DNA of 64,000 bases, from the IMG/VR virus record IMGVR_UViG_3300025093_000020; one strand, given 5' to 3'. This DNA comes from a virus. Of the stretch, positions 44,451-54,376 are shown piece after piece. Positions within the stretch are counted from its first letter, which is position 1. Every line of letters starts with the position of its first letter. The position numbers and the translations under genes are program-made. The notes beneath the pieces are model-generated. The model made no database searches, was not told the origin of the DNA, and was given only the letters and a program-made list of their open reading frames with translations.

Positions 44451-47044
44451 TGGCTTTTGGACTTCGTGAAACATCCCGAGCCGACGCATCCCCGGTCAAG
44501 CTGTTCCTCTTCAAAGGCACTGATCCGACCGCAGAATCGCTGGTGCGCTCCATTACCATGATACCGGGTGCCACCGAATTCGGGTATGGGGTGACTCCTG
44601 TTGACAAGACGTGGGTGGATGAGATCAGTGAAACGATTTCGATTGATCGCTCTGAACCGCTGAATCGCATCGCAGGAAACGAGGTCACTGACTTCGTGCA
44701 ATCGGTCAAAGATCTACTGGCGACGTTCCCGTATCTCCAGCACGTCAGCCTTGTCGTTACCTGGTTCGGCACGGACCTGCGCTGCGGGAACTGTACCGTG
44801 ATCCCGAAGGTAGGTGAGGAATCCCTCACAACCAGTCCGTATTCTTGGCGCGTTGGAAACCTTGATCGTGCGTCGGCCGAGGCAACTTCCATATTCACCA
44901 ATGTCGAGATCCCCGGTGGAGACCCCACCTACGAGTCCATCCTGGATGCCATCCTCGATATTTTGAGCGGCGATGCCTACGTGAAAGCCTTCGGTGGCAC
45001 TCCCTCCGACAGATCGGTTTATGAAGCAATCCAGTACCTGCGCGCGGCCGGGCTTCGGGTGACACTCTATCCGTTTGTGATGATGGACATCCCCGAAGAC
45101 AACGCGCTCCCCGACCCCTACGGCGCGGCTGAGCAGGCGCAGTACCCGTGGCGCGGGCGGATCACATGCCACCCGGCCGCCGGGCAACCTGGGACGGTCC
45201 AGGGGGCAAGCGCTGCTGCCGACCAGGTTGCGGATTTCTTCGGTGACCATGACCCCGCTGACTTCGGCTGGGACGCCACAAACCTGGCCGTGGATTACAG
45301 CGGCCCCGCGAACTGGAGCTATGAGCGTTTCATCCTGCACATGGCCACTCTGGCTGCGGCGGCGGGCGCCAATGACTTCCTCATTGGTTCGGAAATGGTC
45401 GGGCTCACCCGGGTGCGCGGAGCAGGCGTCAACAACTACCCGGCTGTGACGCATCTCAAGACTTTGGCGGCCAAGGCGCGCACGATCGTGGGGGAAGATG
45501 TGCGCATTTCCTATGCTGCCGATTGGTCGGAATATCACTCGGATCAATACGGAAGCAATCTCTGCTTCAACCTCGATCCGCTCTGGTCCGATACAAACAT
45601 CGACTTCATCGGGATCGACAATTACTTCCCCCTTTCCGATTGGCGGGAAGGGAAAACTCACCGCGACTGGTGGGATGGATACACCAGCAACTACGACCTA
45701 TTCTATTTGAAGAAGAATGTCGAAGGTGGTGAGTATTTCGACTGGTATTACGCTTCCGAAAGCGATCGTGATGCTCAAGTGCGAACGCCGATCACGGATG
45801 GTGCGCATTCGAAACCATGGGTGTTCCGGCAGAAGGATATGCGGTCGTGGTGGAGCAATCCGCACATCAACCGCATTGATGGCGAAGAAGTGGGAACGGC
45901 GACAGACTGGGTTGCTGAATCCAAGCCGATCGTTTTCACCGAACTCGGTTGCCCTGCTGTGGAGAAGGGCTCGAACCAACCGAATGTTTTCTACGATCCG
46001 AAGTCGGCGGAAAGCGCGCTGCCCCACTACTCGAACGGACGACCGGATGCCGCGATTCAGCGCGTGTTCCTTGAAGCCAGTCTGGATTACTGGCGCCCCG
46101 GCAACGGGAACAACGAAGACGGGATGATCGAGTGGAATTCTGCTTCGGTTTGGACCTGGGACGCCCGGCCTTATCCGACATTCCCCAATCGCACCTCCTA
46201 CTATGGTGACGCGCCCAACTGGCGTTTTGGCCACTGGTTGACCGGGCGTATGGTACCGGGCCGCGCCTTCGAGAGCGGCACCTTCGGCCCCTACGCCTTC
46301 ACCGATGGGGAAACTGCCATCGAGCGCGCCGGCATTACCTTTGAGCCGTGGCCGATCAAGCACAGCGACATCGAGTCCTCGGGCGACCTCGACAAGTCGA
46401 CTCTGACCGTCTCACTGGCCAACCGGGGCGATCTGATGGGGGAGTTTAACGCCTTCCCGCCGTCGCAGGTGATCAACCTCACCATCTTCCAGGGTCACGC
46501 TGAAGATCCGGTGAGCCTCACCAATCACCCGGCAATCTGGCTCGGCCGCGTCAGTGCGCCGGAGATCGAAGGCAACGAGCTGCGCTTCGCCTGCACGCCG
46601 GTCAGCACCACCATTCAGCGCCCCGGGTTGAGGCGCAACTACCAGCTCGGGTGCCCGCATGTGCTCTACGGCCCCCAGTGTCAGGCGAGCAAGGCGGCAG
46701 CGACCGTGGAAGCCGTGGTGGCGTCAATGGCAGGATCCATGGTCACGCTGGAGGAAACACTTGGCACGGGCTTCGCGAACTTCATCGGTGGCACCCTTGA
46801 ATGGATGCGCTCGACCGGGCAGCGCGAGATCCGGACGATCCTGAACACCAACTTCGACGGCACCACGTTGGCAATCCGCGGCGGCCTGCGCGGTCTGACG
46901 GTGGGCGCCACGGTCTACGCTGCGCTGGGGTGCCCGCGCAACATGAGCGGCTGCATCTCGCTGCACAACAACATCCTGAACTTCGGCGGGCAGCCGTTCA
47001 TCCCGCTCGACAACCCCCTTTCCCAAAAGGTCCAGTTCTACTAA
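44450..47044 (+). CDS. GTA-type TIM-barrel-like glycoside-hydrolase domain fused to a BR0599/DUF2163-like tail hub domain (864 aa)
   Basis: FLIGSEMVGLTRVR...ISYAADWSEY...IDFIGIDNYFPLSDWR matches the GTA TIM-barrel-like domain. The C-terminal block LGCPHVLYGPQCQASKAA...FIGGTLEW is typical of phage BR0599. Confidence 0.65.
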   Translation: MAFGLRETSRADASPVKLFLFKGTDPTAESLVRSITMIPGATEFGYGVTPVDKTWVDEISETISIDRSEPLNRIAGNEVTDFVQSVKDLLATFPYLQHVSLVVTWFGTDLRCGNCTVIPKVGEESLTTSPYSWRVGNLDRASAEATSIFTNVEIPGGDPTYESILDAILDILSGDAYVKAFGGTPSDRSVYEAIQYLRAAGLRVTLYPFVMMDIPEDNALPDPYGAAEQAQYPWRGRITCHPAAGQPGTVQGASAAADQVADFFGDHDPADFGWDATNLAVDYSGPANWSYERFILHMATLAAAAGANDFLIGSEMVGLTRVRGAGVNNYPAVTHLKTLAAKARTIVGEDVRISYAADWSEYHSDQYGSNLCFNLDPLWSDTNIDFIGIDNYFPLSDWREGKTHRDWWDGYTSNYDLFYLKKNVEGGEYFDWYYASESDRDAQVRTPITDGAHSKPWVFRQKDMRSWWSNPHINRIDGEEVGTATDWVAESKPIVFTELGCPAVEKGSNQPNVFYDPKSAESALPHYSNGRPDAAIQRVFLEASLDYWRPGNGNNEDGMIEWNSASVWTWDARPYPTFPNRTSYYGDAPNWRFGHWLTGRMVPGRAFESGTFGPYAFTDGETAIERAGITFEPWPIKHSDIESSGDLDKSTLTVSLANRGDLMGEFNAFPPSQVINLTIFQGHAEDPVSLTNHPAIWLGRVSAPEIEGNELRFACTPVSTTIQRPGLRRNYQLGCPHVLYGPQCQASKAAATVEAVVASMAGSMVTLEETLGTGFANFIGGTLEWMRSTGQREIRTILNTNFDGTTLAIRGGLRGLTVGATVYAALGCPRNMSGCISLHNNILNFGGQPFIPLDNPLSQKVQFY

Positions 47045-47070
47045 AAGCACTTTAGACGGGAGTTTCACCT

Positions 47071-47313
47071 TTGGCGTTCCAGCTCATCCCCTTCCTGATA
47101 CAGTTGGCCATCGGCTTCGCGCTGCAGGTTATCGGCTATCTGCTGATGGGGAAGCCCCGCGCCGAGAAGTCCGACGCAGCCACCGACCTGGAAAACCCGA
47201 CTGCGGAGGCGGGACGGCCGATTCCCGTACCCTTTGGTGAGGTCGAGATCACGGGACTCAACATCATCTACTACGGCGAAAAAGGGACGCACTCCTACAA
47301 GGTGAAAAGCTGA
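47071..47313 (+). CDS. small membrane protein (80 aa, TTG start)
   Basis: Hydrophobic N-terminus FQLIPFLIQLAIGFALQVIGYLLM. GGGAG lies 10 nt upstream. Confidence 0.45.
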   Translation: MAFQLIPFLIQLAIGFALQVIGYLLMGKPRAEKSDAATDLENPTAEAGRPIPVPFGEVEITGLNIIYYGEKGTHSYKVKS

Positions 47314-47519
47314 TGGAAGACGACGACCCGCTCATCACCGCACCGGAAGCCAACAGGCTCTTCTGCTCCCCCGGCTTGCTCCGATGGGCCAGAGAGCGCG
47401 ACCTAGATTTCAAGAAATTCGTCCGTGAGGGCATCCGCGCATCAGAGCTTCGCGCGCTGGGGGAGCACGCCATGGTTGACCGGATCCTCGAAGCGCGGGT
47501 GAAAAACAATGGGCTCTAA
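47313..47519 (+). CDS. hypothetical protein (68 aa)
   Basis: ORF track. ATGA-type coupling. Confidence 0.4.
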   Translation: MEDDDPLITAPEANRLFCSPGLLRWARERDLDFKKFVREGIRASELRALGEHAMVDRILEARVKNNGL

Positions 47520-49962
47520 AAGCGGCGGTAAGATCAAGGTCAGCGAATACAGTATGTCGATGCACGTTGGCATCTGCGCTGCCGGTGAAAACCTCGAATT
47601 GCTCAATGTCAAAGTCGGCGAAAAGGTCATTTGGCAGGGCGCGCAAAAGAACCGTGACGTTTTCAAGATTGATCTGCCCGATCTCTTTGGCGGAAACAAG
47701 AAAGAGGGCGGCGTTCGCGGCGCGCTTTGGTGGCTGAACGGCGACCGTTCGCAGACGCTGCCGGCGCCGCTGTTCCAGAGGCTCGGTCTGACAAGATCCA
47801 CTTGCCCTGGGTTTCGCGGCCTTGCTTCGATTTTCTTTACCGGCTTCTTCGGAAACAGCATGAGCGAAGGTGATCGGCTGCAATGGCCTGGCTATGCTGA
47901 CGTGGGTGGCGAACCACCAATTCCAGAAGTCGAAGAAACGCCCCAGTATGATGAAGACGGCAATCCAGTCATCAGCTACATCAAAATCGAAGACAACACG
48001 TCAACCGCCCGTGGTTTTACATGGTGCACTAATAACCCCTATCTGAAGACGATCTCCGCACGGGTGCGCCGACCTTCTGAGGGGCTGAATCCATCTATTG
48101 CGCTAATCCAGATCCAAGACAGTTCGGAAGGTATTGCGCAATTCGCGTCCAACCCCGCGCATATGATCTTCGAGTGTATGACAAATCGAGATTGGGGAAT
48201 GGGTGAAAGCTACGGCGCAATGAACATCGGCGCTTTCGAAGCTGTTGCGCAGACGCTTTACGACGAGAATTTCGGACTCAACATCCTCTGGACTCGGCAA
48301 TCGAAGATTGAAGATTTCATCGGTGAGATCCTTGGTCACATTCAAGGCGCGCTTTACCCCGATCCAGCGACCGGAAAGCACACGCTGAAGCTGTTGCGGG
48401 CTGACTACGACTTCAACACGCTGAAAATTGTGAACGAGAGCAACGCCAAGCTTTCGAAATTCAAGCGGAAGATCTGGTCCGAAATCTCCAACGAAATGAC
48501 GGTGACTTGGACCAACCCGGAAACCGGAAAAGAGGAAACTGTCACGGTTCAGGATAACGCCGCAATCGCCATGCAGGGTGGTGTCGCGCCTGACTCCAGA
48601 AACTACCACGGCATTCCAAACCAGCAGCTTGCGATTACTGTCGCCGAGCGCGATCTTGCTGCGGTGGTTCATCCCATTGCCACCTGTGATACCACTGTCT
48701 CACGGGAACTTTGGGAAACCGTGACGTTTGATGTCGTGCGCCTCCAGTGGGCAAAGTATGGCATCGCGGACGTAGCATTCCGAGTTGCCTCGGTGCGCGC
48801 TGGTGCCAACAATCGAACCGTCATTCTGTCGCTTTACGAGGACATTTTTGCACGGGCAACCGCAAGCTATCTTCCTGAAATCGACACAGGCTGGGCGAAC
48901 CCGTCGCAACCGCCTGCGGAAATCGCAAACTATTACCTTGGCACCCTGCCTGCCTTTATGCAGACGGCGGCCTTGCAACTGAATGATCCTGCTGAAATCG
49001 TATACCCAGAAGCAATGACTGCCATTTGCGTTGCGCAAAACACACTTGGTGACGTTGGTTACAATCTGTTTGCAAACACGGTCAACGTTAACGGGGAAAC
49101 GGTCCTGAGTAATCTCGGGCTGCGAAGCATGAATAGCTACTGGGAACTGAGCGCTGCCATTCCCCAGGAAGCAATGACGACGATCCGGGGAATGTTCGGG
49201 TACAAGGGCATTCTCCCCAACGTGGGTGATTTCGTTCTGTTCGGAACCGACGACGCTACTTCGGAAATCGCTGTCGTCACCGCGATCGACGCAGTGACAG
49301 GATACACACTGGCGCGCGGAGTTCTGGATACAACCCCGAAAGAATGGCCGATCGGGACGCCCGCATTCGTCATTTCGGAACTCACTGAGGTTCCCGACAG
49401 CAGCAGGTATTCCGCAGGTGAAGACGCAGTTTACAAATTCCAGACCATCACGCCGCGGGGCTCCATCCCGCTGGCTGATGTCATGGCGCTGACCGAAACT
49501 CTGACCGACAGGCCCCACCGCCCCAATCGGCCCGCCAACGTGCAGATCGAGGGAGTTGCCTTCGGCACGTATGAGATGGGCGCGGCTGCCAGTGCAACCG
49601 TGACCTGGGCAAACCGAAACAGGACCACCGAAGCCACGCAGGTGCTGAAATGGACGGACGCTTCGGCTGCGCCCGAGGCAGGGCAAACCACTGTCATCGT
49701 GATCGCCGACACATCCGGCGACCTGGTGGCGGAGATCTCGGGACTGACCGGAACTTCCTATGAACTGACTCGTTTGGACCTCAGTTTCAACGCTGCCGTG
49801 GATGTCACGGTCTATGCGGAATGTGACGGCCTGCGATCGCTGCAGGGGCACACGATCCGCGTGGAGCAGGACTTGGAAATTCTCACCCTCTCCGGAGACG
49901 AACTGGGGAACGATCTGGCTTTCTCCGGTGATGAAGCGCCGGGCAATCTTGGAGTGATATGA
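47509..49962 (+). CDS. Host-specificity / central tail fibre protein, gpJ-like (817 aa)
   Basis: Size and position. The N-terminus GGKIKVSEYSMSMHVGICAGE..LELLNVKVGEK is typical of the phage-tail_3 / gpJ-like families. Confidence 0.6.
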   Translation: MGSKSGGKIKVSEYSMSMHVGICAAGENLELLNVKVGEKVIWQGAQKNRDVFKIDLPDLFGGNKKEGGVRGALWWLNGDRSQTLPAPLFQRLGLTRSTCPGFRGLASIFFTGFFGNSMSEGDRLQWPGYADVGGEPPIPEVEETPQYDEDGNPVISYIKIEDNTSTARGFTWCTNNPYLKTISARVRRPSEGLNPSIALIQIQDSSEGIAQFASNPAHMIFECMTNRDWGMGESYGAMNIGAFEAVAQTLYDENFGLNILWTRQSKIEDFIGEILGHIQGALYPDPATGKHTLKLLRADYDFNTLKIVNESNAKLSKFKRKIWSEISNEMTVTWTNPETGKEETVTVQDNAAIAMQGGVAPDSRNYHGIPNQQLAITVAERDLAAVVHPIATCDTTVSRELWETVTFDVVRLQWAKYGIADVAFRVASVRAGANNRTVILSLYEDIFARATASYLPEIDTGWANPSQPPAEIANYYLGTLPAFMQTAALQLNDPAEIVYPEAMTAICVAQNTLGDVGYNLFANTVNVNGETVLSNLGLRSMNSYWELSAAIPQEAMTTIRGMFGYKGILPNVGDFVLFGTDDATSEIAVVTAIDAVTGYTLARGVLDTTPKEWPIGTPAFVISELTEVPDSSRYSAGEDAVYKFQTITPRGSIPLADVMALTETLTDRPHRPNRPANVQIEGVAFGTYEMGAAASATVTWANRNRTTEATQVLKWTDASAAPEAGQTTVIVIADTSGDLVAEISGLTGTSYELTRLDLSFNAAVDVTVYAECDGLRSLQGHTIRVEQDLEILTLSGDELGNDLAFSGDEAPGNLGVI

Positions 49963-50480
49963 TGGCTGACAAAGAACTCGGCGACCTGACTGCAGCATCG
50001 GCGCTCTCGACCGCTGACCTGTTTTACATCGTGCAAGGCGGCAACAGCCGCAAGCTGACCGGCGCACAGATGCGCACCTTCATCGACGGCCGCGAGACGC
50101 GCCAGCTCATCACCTTGGGTGCGCAGGGCAGTCTCCATGTCTCAGCCGTGGATCAGCTTGTGACGCTTGACGGCGCATCCGTTGCAGCCACAGCCCTGCT
50201 GCCCGCCCGCTCGATCCCCATTTGCGTCACAGCCTACGTGATCTCGACGCTGACGGGCACGCTGACCTCCTTCGACGTGGGTATCGCTGGAGAAGTCGAC
50301 AAGTTCGGCGCCACGCTGCCCCTCGCGGCCGGCAGCAACAACGTGGGCGTCGTACCACCCTTCGCTGTCTATGCGGATACTGACGTGGTGGTGACCGCCA
50401 ACGGCGGCACTGGCAGCGGCAACACCGACAAAATCCGACTGGTGGCCTATTATTTCGAGTTCGTTGCACCTACGGCGTGA
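49959..50480 (+). CDS. tail fibre-associated protein (173 aa)
   Basis: ATGA coupling to the gpJ-like gene. Call rests on position. Confidence 0.45.
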   Translation: MMADKELGDLTAASALSTADLFYIVQGGNSRKLTGAQMRTFIDGRETRQLITLGAQGSLHVSAVDQLVTLDGASVAATALLPARSIPICVTAYVISTLTGTLTSFDVGIAGEVDKFGATLPLAAGSNNVGVVPPFAVYADTDVVVTANGGTGSGNTDKIRLVAYYFEFVAPTA

Positions 50481-50553
50481 TATACAAGGCAAAGTTGACT
50501 CTCTGGTATGCTGCGTGAGAGTTTAAGGCGGGCGGGAAAACCATGGGGCCGAC

Positions 50554-50937
50554 ATGCACGATCAACATCCACCGGGGCCAGAGTTCTGGCAAATCATCAA
50601 ACTCTGGTCAGGGTTGATCCTGACCTGGTTCGCGGGCGCGTCTGGACAAGTCGCCCTCGCTGGCGCCGCTGGAGGACTCGTCCGCTGGTGGCTTTCGGAG
50701 AAGCGGAAGCTCCTAGCCGGAGCAGGCAGCGTGATCACGGGCGCATTGTTCGCCCAGTATTTCGCTCCGATCACGCTGACCATCCTCGAAAAGTGGATCG
50801 GACCGCTGGGCGAGGGCAGCTTCGCGACTGCAGCTTTTGCCGCGGGCCTCGGCGGCATGAGCATCGCCAAAATCATCCTGGCAGCGATCGAGGCAATGAG
50901 CAGCAAGATCGGAGGGCCATCAAATGACAAAGCGTGA
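50554..50937 (+). CDS. Holin candidate, multi-TM membrane protein (127 aa)
   Basis: Three hydrophobic segments. It lies upstream of the endolysin. Confidence 0.55.
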   Translation: MHDQHPPGPEFWQIIKLWSGLILTWFAGASGQVALAGAAGGLVRWWLSEKRKLLAGAGSVITGALFAQYFAPITLTILEKWIGPLGEGSFATAAFAAGLGGMSIAKIILAAIEAMSSKIGGPSNDKA

Positions 50938-51124
50938 AGTCGGCCTGGCGGGCATGTCAGCCGCGGCCGCGCAAGCCAAGAAGGAGGGTCGGCTTTGGCT
51001 GGTGTTCACGCCGCTGCTGATCCTCCTTCTGATCATCCTGCCCCTGCTGGATCACCGCGACGATTGCCGCGACCGGATCCACTGCTACGGCGCTGGTTCG
51101 TTTCACAAGGGAGACATCGAATGA
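50924..51124 (+). CDS. small single-TM protein (66 aa), holin/antiholin candidate
   Basis: TM segment LWLVFTPLLILLLIILPLL. It overlaps both neighbours. Confidence 0.5.
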   Translation: MTKREVGLAGMSAAAAQAKKEGRLWLVFTPLLILLLIILPLLDHRDDCRDRIHCYGAGSFHKGDIE

Positions 51125-51786
51125 CATTTTACATCGGATCAGGCAAACGTCTGAAGGACATCGACATTCCTCGCATCGGCCATCGTATCGGCGTCGGTGA
51201 AGATGAGATCCACGCAGTGCTTGACGTGGAATCCCGGGGGCGCGGCTTCGACAGTCAGCGCCGGGTGGCGATGCTCTTCGAACCGCACGTCTTCTACGCG
51301 CAGCTCGGCGCCGGTGCGGCCCGGGATGAAGCCGTGAAACGTGGACTGGCTTATTCCTCCTGGGGGCAGCAGAAGTACCCGAGCGACAGCTATCCTCGTC
51401 TGCTGGCGGCCATGGAAATCGACGCCAACGCCGCGCTGCGCTCCTGCTCATGGGGCCTCGGGCAGATCATGGGCTTCAATGCAGAGGCTTGTGCTTATCT
51501 GAATGCCCGCGCGATGGTGGAGGGGTTTGCCCAAGGCGGTGAGGCCGAACAGCTTGATGCCATGGTGACGTTCATCGTAGCGAGCGGTTTGGACGACAAA
51601 CTGCGCCGGCACGACTGGAGAGGCTTCGCCCGCGGCTACAACGGCCCGGGCTACGCGAAACACGGTTACCACACCCGCCTCGCCGAGCGCTTCCGCTGGT
51701 GGCAGGGCAAGCCGGACACGCCGTGGACGCCCGATAGCTGCGGCTGCGTGTGCCCGTCGATCGATGAAATGAACGAGGTGGCATGA
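51121..51786 (+). CDS. Endolysin, N-acetylmuramidase (DUF3380-type, 221 aa)
   Basis: DVESRGRGFD...MLFEPHVFY...SWGLGQIMGFN blocks. ATGA coupling at 51121. Confidence 0.75.
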   Translation: MTFYIGSGKRLKDIDIPRIGHRIGVGEDEIHAVLDVESRGRGFDSQRRVAMLFEPHVFYAQLGAGAARDEAVKRGLAYSSWGQQKYPSDSYPRLLAAMEIDANAALRSCSWGLGQIMGFNAEACAYLNARAMVEGFAQGGEAEQLDAMVTFIVASGLDDKLRRHDWRGFARGYNGPGYAKHGYHTRLAERFRWWQGKPDTPWTPDSCGCVCPSIDEMNEVA

Positions 51787-52142
51787 TGGCACGCATTGGT
51801 CGAAAATTGCGCTCGATCGAAGGTGGTCGGGTCGCATTCAAATGCCCGGGTTGCAACATGATGCACCAAGTTGGCGTTGGCACCGGGCCGGGTCCGCGCT
51901 GGGGGTATAACGGCGATCCGGACAAACCAACTTTCACGCCTTCCATCCTTGTCACAACCGGGCACTTCGTTCAGCCCAATGGAAAGCACTGTGACAAATC
52001 CGGCGATCCGGATTGGCCCTGCGATTGCATGCGATGCCACAGCTTCGTTACGAATGGCCAGATCCGTTTTCTACCCGACTGCACGCATGCCCTCGCGGGT
52101 CAGACGGTTGATCTGCCCGACATTCCCGAGACGGCAGCATGA
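51783..52142 (+). CDS. Cys-rich zinc-binding protein (DUF6527-like, 119 aa)
   Basis: CPGC...CDC..CHSF...C pattern and PTFTPSIL. Located between the endolysin and the spanins. Confidence 0.45.
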   Translation: MMARIGRKLRSIEGGRVAFKCPGCNMMHQVGVGTGPGPRWGYNGDPDKPTFTPSILVTTGHFVQPNGKHCDKSGDPDWPCDCMRCHSFVTNGQIRFLPDCTHALAGQTVDLPDIPETAA

Positions 52143-52447
52143 TCCGCTATGCACTGATTGCGGCTCTTCTGGGCTGCCTAGGCCTTGGTGCCTATGCGGT
52201 CGTACAGGGCGAGCGACTGGATGTGGCCGAGGCTGATGTTGCGCGCCTGAAGGCGTCTGTGGCGGCGCTGGAAGAGCAGGCGGCCCAGGCGCGCGCGGCT
52301 GCTGAGGTGGCAAAGGCAACGGCCGCGCGGGAAGCAGCTCGCGCGGCCGCAATGAGCAATGTTCGCGAGGCGTTTCAAAATGGAGATTTCGATGAAGAAC
52401 TTTCCCCTGATTTTCTCGATCGTCTTCGCGATCTCGGGCTGCGCTGA
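52139..52447 (+). CDS. i-spanin (Rz-like, 102 aa)
   Basis: N-terminal TM IRYALIAALLGCLGLGAYAVV followed by an Ala/Glu-rich coiled coil. Confidence 0.65.
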   Translation: MIRYALIAALLGCLGLGAYAVVQGERLDVAEADVARLKASVAALEEQAAQARAAAEVAKATAAREAARAAAMSNVREAFQNGDFDEELSPDFLDRLRDLGLR

Positions 52448-52655
52448 GAAAGAGCGGACAGTCTACGTGACGCCTGTCGTCCCGGAGTCGCTGCGGCAGA
52501 CGGTGCACGTTCCCAAGCGAGAAGCGCGCACGCTCGCAGATGTCGGGATCCTGTTGACCGACCACGTTGAAGCCTTGGCCACCGCGAATGGCCGCATCGA
52601 GAGCATTGACTGCATTCTCGATGCGGCTGAGGCGCGGGCAGAGCCTACGTGCTAA
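52392..52655 (+). CDS. o-spanin lipoprotein (Rz1-like, 87 aa)
   Basis: Lipobox FAISGC after the signal peptide MKNFPLIFSIV. Its start lies inside the 3' end of the i-spanin gene, in another frame (the overlapped architecture). Confidence 0.65.
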   Translation: MKNFPLIFSIVFAISGCAEKERTVYVTPVVPESLRQTVHVPKREARTLADVGILLTDHVEALATANGRIESIDCILDAAEARAEPTC

Positions 52656-52929
52656 CCTCTTCTGAGAGCTGCTGCGCGAAGCCGATCTCGATGGCCCCCC
52701 ACTTTCCCGCGCGCACCTGAGCCTCCAGTGTCCTGCTCAACAGGAGCGGATAGCCATCCAAGTGCATGCGCATGAAAAGCGCGTTGCAGAAGGACCGGCC
52801 GAGGGCGCAGTCTTTTCCGTAATCGCCGCTGCGATGTTTTTCGACATCCCAGTTGGATTCAATGGAGCCGTTTGCGTCAACCCGTACAAACGGGAGGTGG
52901 TCGTGTTTCGTAACGGACATTGGGTTCAT
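52645..52929 (-). CDS. hypothetical protein (94 aa), last gene of the leftward operon
   Basis: ORF track. Confidence 0.5.
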   Translation of the reverse strand: MNPMSVTKHDHLPFVRVDANGSIESNWDVEKHRSGDYGKDCALGRSFCNALFMRMHLDGYPLLLSRTLEAQVRAGKWGAIEIGFAQQLSEEVST

Positions 52930-52932
52930 TCC

Positions 52933-54354
52933 TTAAAGGAGAAGTTCGTTAAAGCTCATACTGGCTAATGTTTCGTTAACTTCCGGAAACCTTTGGTAAA
53001 GGAACTCCAGGTAACTCGGTTCGGCCTCCATTAAGACACATTCGAAACCTTCCCGACGAGCTGCCTCAGCGGTCGTGCCGCTGCCTGCGAATGGATCGAG
53101 GACAACGCCGCCGGGCGGGGTGATATGACGGATTAAATACTGCATCAGCGCGATAGGTTTTACCGTGGGATGCTTAGAACCGCCGCGATCCAGCTTACCC
53201 GCTTTGCTGTGGTAGAACAGGGGATTACCGCAGTCGGTGCCGATTTCACCAAGCGCGATTGCCGTCTCATAATCTTCATCGGTGAGCGGGAATTGGTGGA
53301 AGAAGCGCGCGGCCGAACCTTCGTCACCATAACCAACTTCGACGCGATCGTTCAGCCCAAGATCCCCAGCCATGGAATGACTCGTGGCAATCTTTCGGCG
53401 ATTGCCCGGTTTCCCTGACTTGCCGTTTGGAAACATCGCGACAACCTCGGACGAGCCGTCAAGAATCAGGTTTGCCGGGTGCCGACCATTGGCGTTTGGA
53501 AAGACCACTCGGCGATCAGCTTCTGTCGGAAAAATGTGTCCACCGTTACCACCATTGATCTTTTCTCGCATGTGAGGATTCAGTGCGAGGTTTGATCCAT
53601 CACCCACCGTCACATGCGGGACAAGGCAACCTTTGATGTGCACGGCCCCAAGACCATGCTTCAAAAGGTTCGCCGCGCCGGTCTTGGACTCAAACGGCTT
53701 CTGGCCGAGGTAGATCGGCTCAAGGGCTGGCTTCTGTGCTTGCGTACCATAGGCCCAGCCGCTCCATTCAGCGGCCTCAGCGGTGGCAGGCACGTATTCG
53801 CCGGGCTGGTATTCGCGCCCGTTGTCCTTGATCCAGGATCCGGTTGCGTGCTGATCGGCGCCGGGGATCATTCGCTTCACAGGGGCGCCGGTCGGCACCA
53901 CCTCACCCTTCTTCCCGAAGTGCTTGTCAATGGCTTTGTCGGCAGCGTGGGCCTTTGGAAAGCCTTGGCCGAACACCCAGCCGTGCATCGGGTGCATGAT
54001 GAACCCGGCCAGCTCCATGGCGCACGCCTGCCAGTGGCCCGTGCGGCTACCGCTGAACGCAAAGACATAGCCGCCGGGCAACAGGATGTCGTAGATCAGC
54101 GCCCAGAACTCCGGATCCCGCTCAATGCCGGTCGCATCCCACTTGGTGCCCATGAAGCCACCCGACAGACGCGCGAAGCTGCCGTCATTGTTCTCGGTTC
54201 GAGCTGGGGCGCTACCCTCTTTCCCGAAGCGCTTCTGCACGCTGACGAGGCCGTAAGGCGGATCGGTGACCACGGAGTGAACCCGGCGACCTTCTGCGAT
54301 CATTCGCCGCAAACTTTCCCGGTTATCTCCCGGGATAATTGATAGTGTGGACAC
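52933..54354 (-). CDS. beta-class DNA methyltransferase (N6-adenine or N4-cytosine, 473 aa)
   Basis: Motif IV VVTDPPYG near the N-terminus and motif I VVLDPFAGSGTTAEAA near the C-terminus, which is the beta-class order. The two motifs are separated by an unusually long region. The C-terminus is SFNELLL. Confidence 0.85.
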   Translation of the reverse strand: MSTLSIIPGDNRESLRRMIAEGRRVHSVVTDPPYGLVSVQKRFGKEGSAPARTENNDGSFARLSGGFMGTKWDATGIERDPEFWALIYDILLPGGYVFAFSGSRTGHWQACAMELAGFIMHPMHGWVFGQGFPKAHAADKAIDKHFGKKGEVVPTGAPVKRMIPGADQHATGSWIKDNGREYQPGEYVPATAEAAEWSGWAYGTQAQKPALEPIYLGQKPFESKTGAANLLKHGLGAVHIKGCLVPHVTVGDGSNLALNPHMREKINGGNGGHIFPTEADRRVVFPNANGRHPANLILDGSSEVVAMFPNGKSGKPGNRRKIATSHSMAGDLGLNDRVEVGYGDEGSAARFFHQFPLTDEDYETAIALGEIGTDCGNPLFYHSKAGKLDRGGSKHPTVKPIALMQYLIRHITPPGGVVLDPFAGSGTTAEAARREGFECVLMEAEPSYLEFLYQRFPEVNETLASMSFNELLL

Positions 54355-54376
54355 GTTTCCACCTCGCTTTGAAAGA

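Noticed and set aside
34227-50480. A diversity-generating retroelement or other targeted hypervariation in the tail fibre genes
   Set aside because: No reverse transcriptase ORF is present, and no template/variable repeat pair is visible near the fibre genes.
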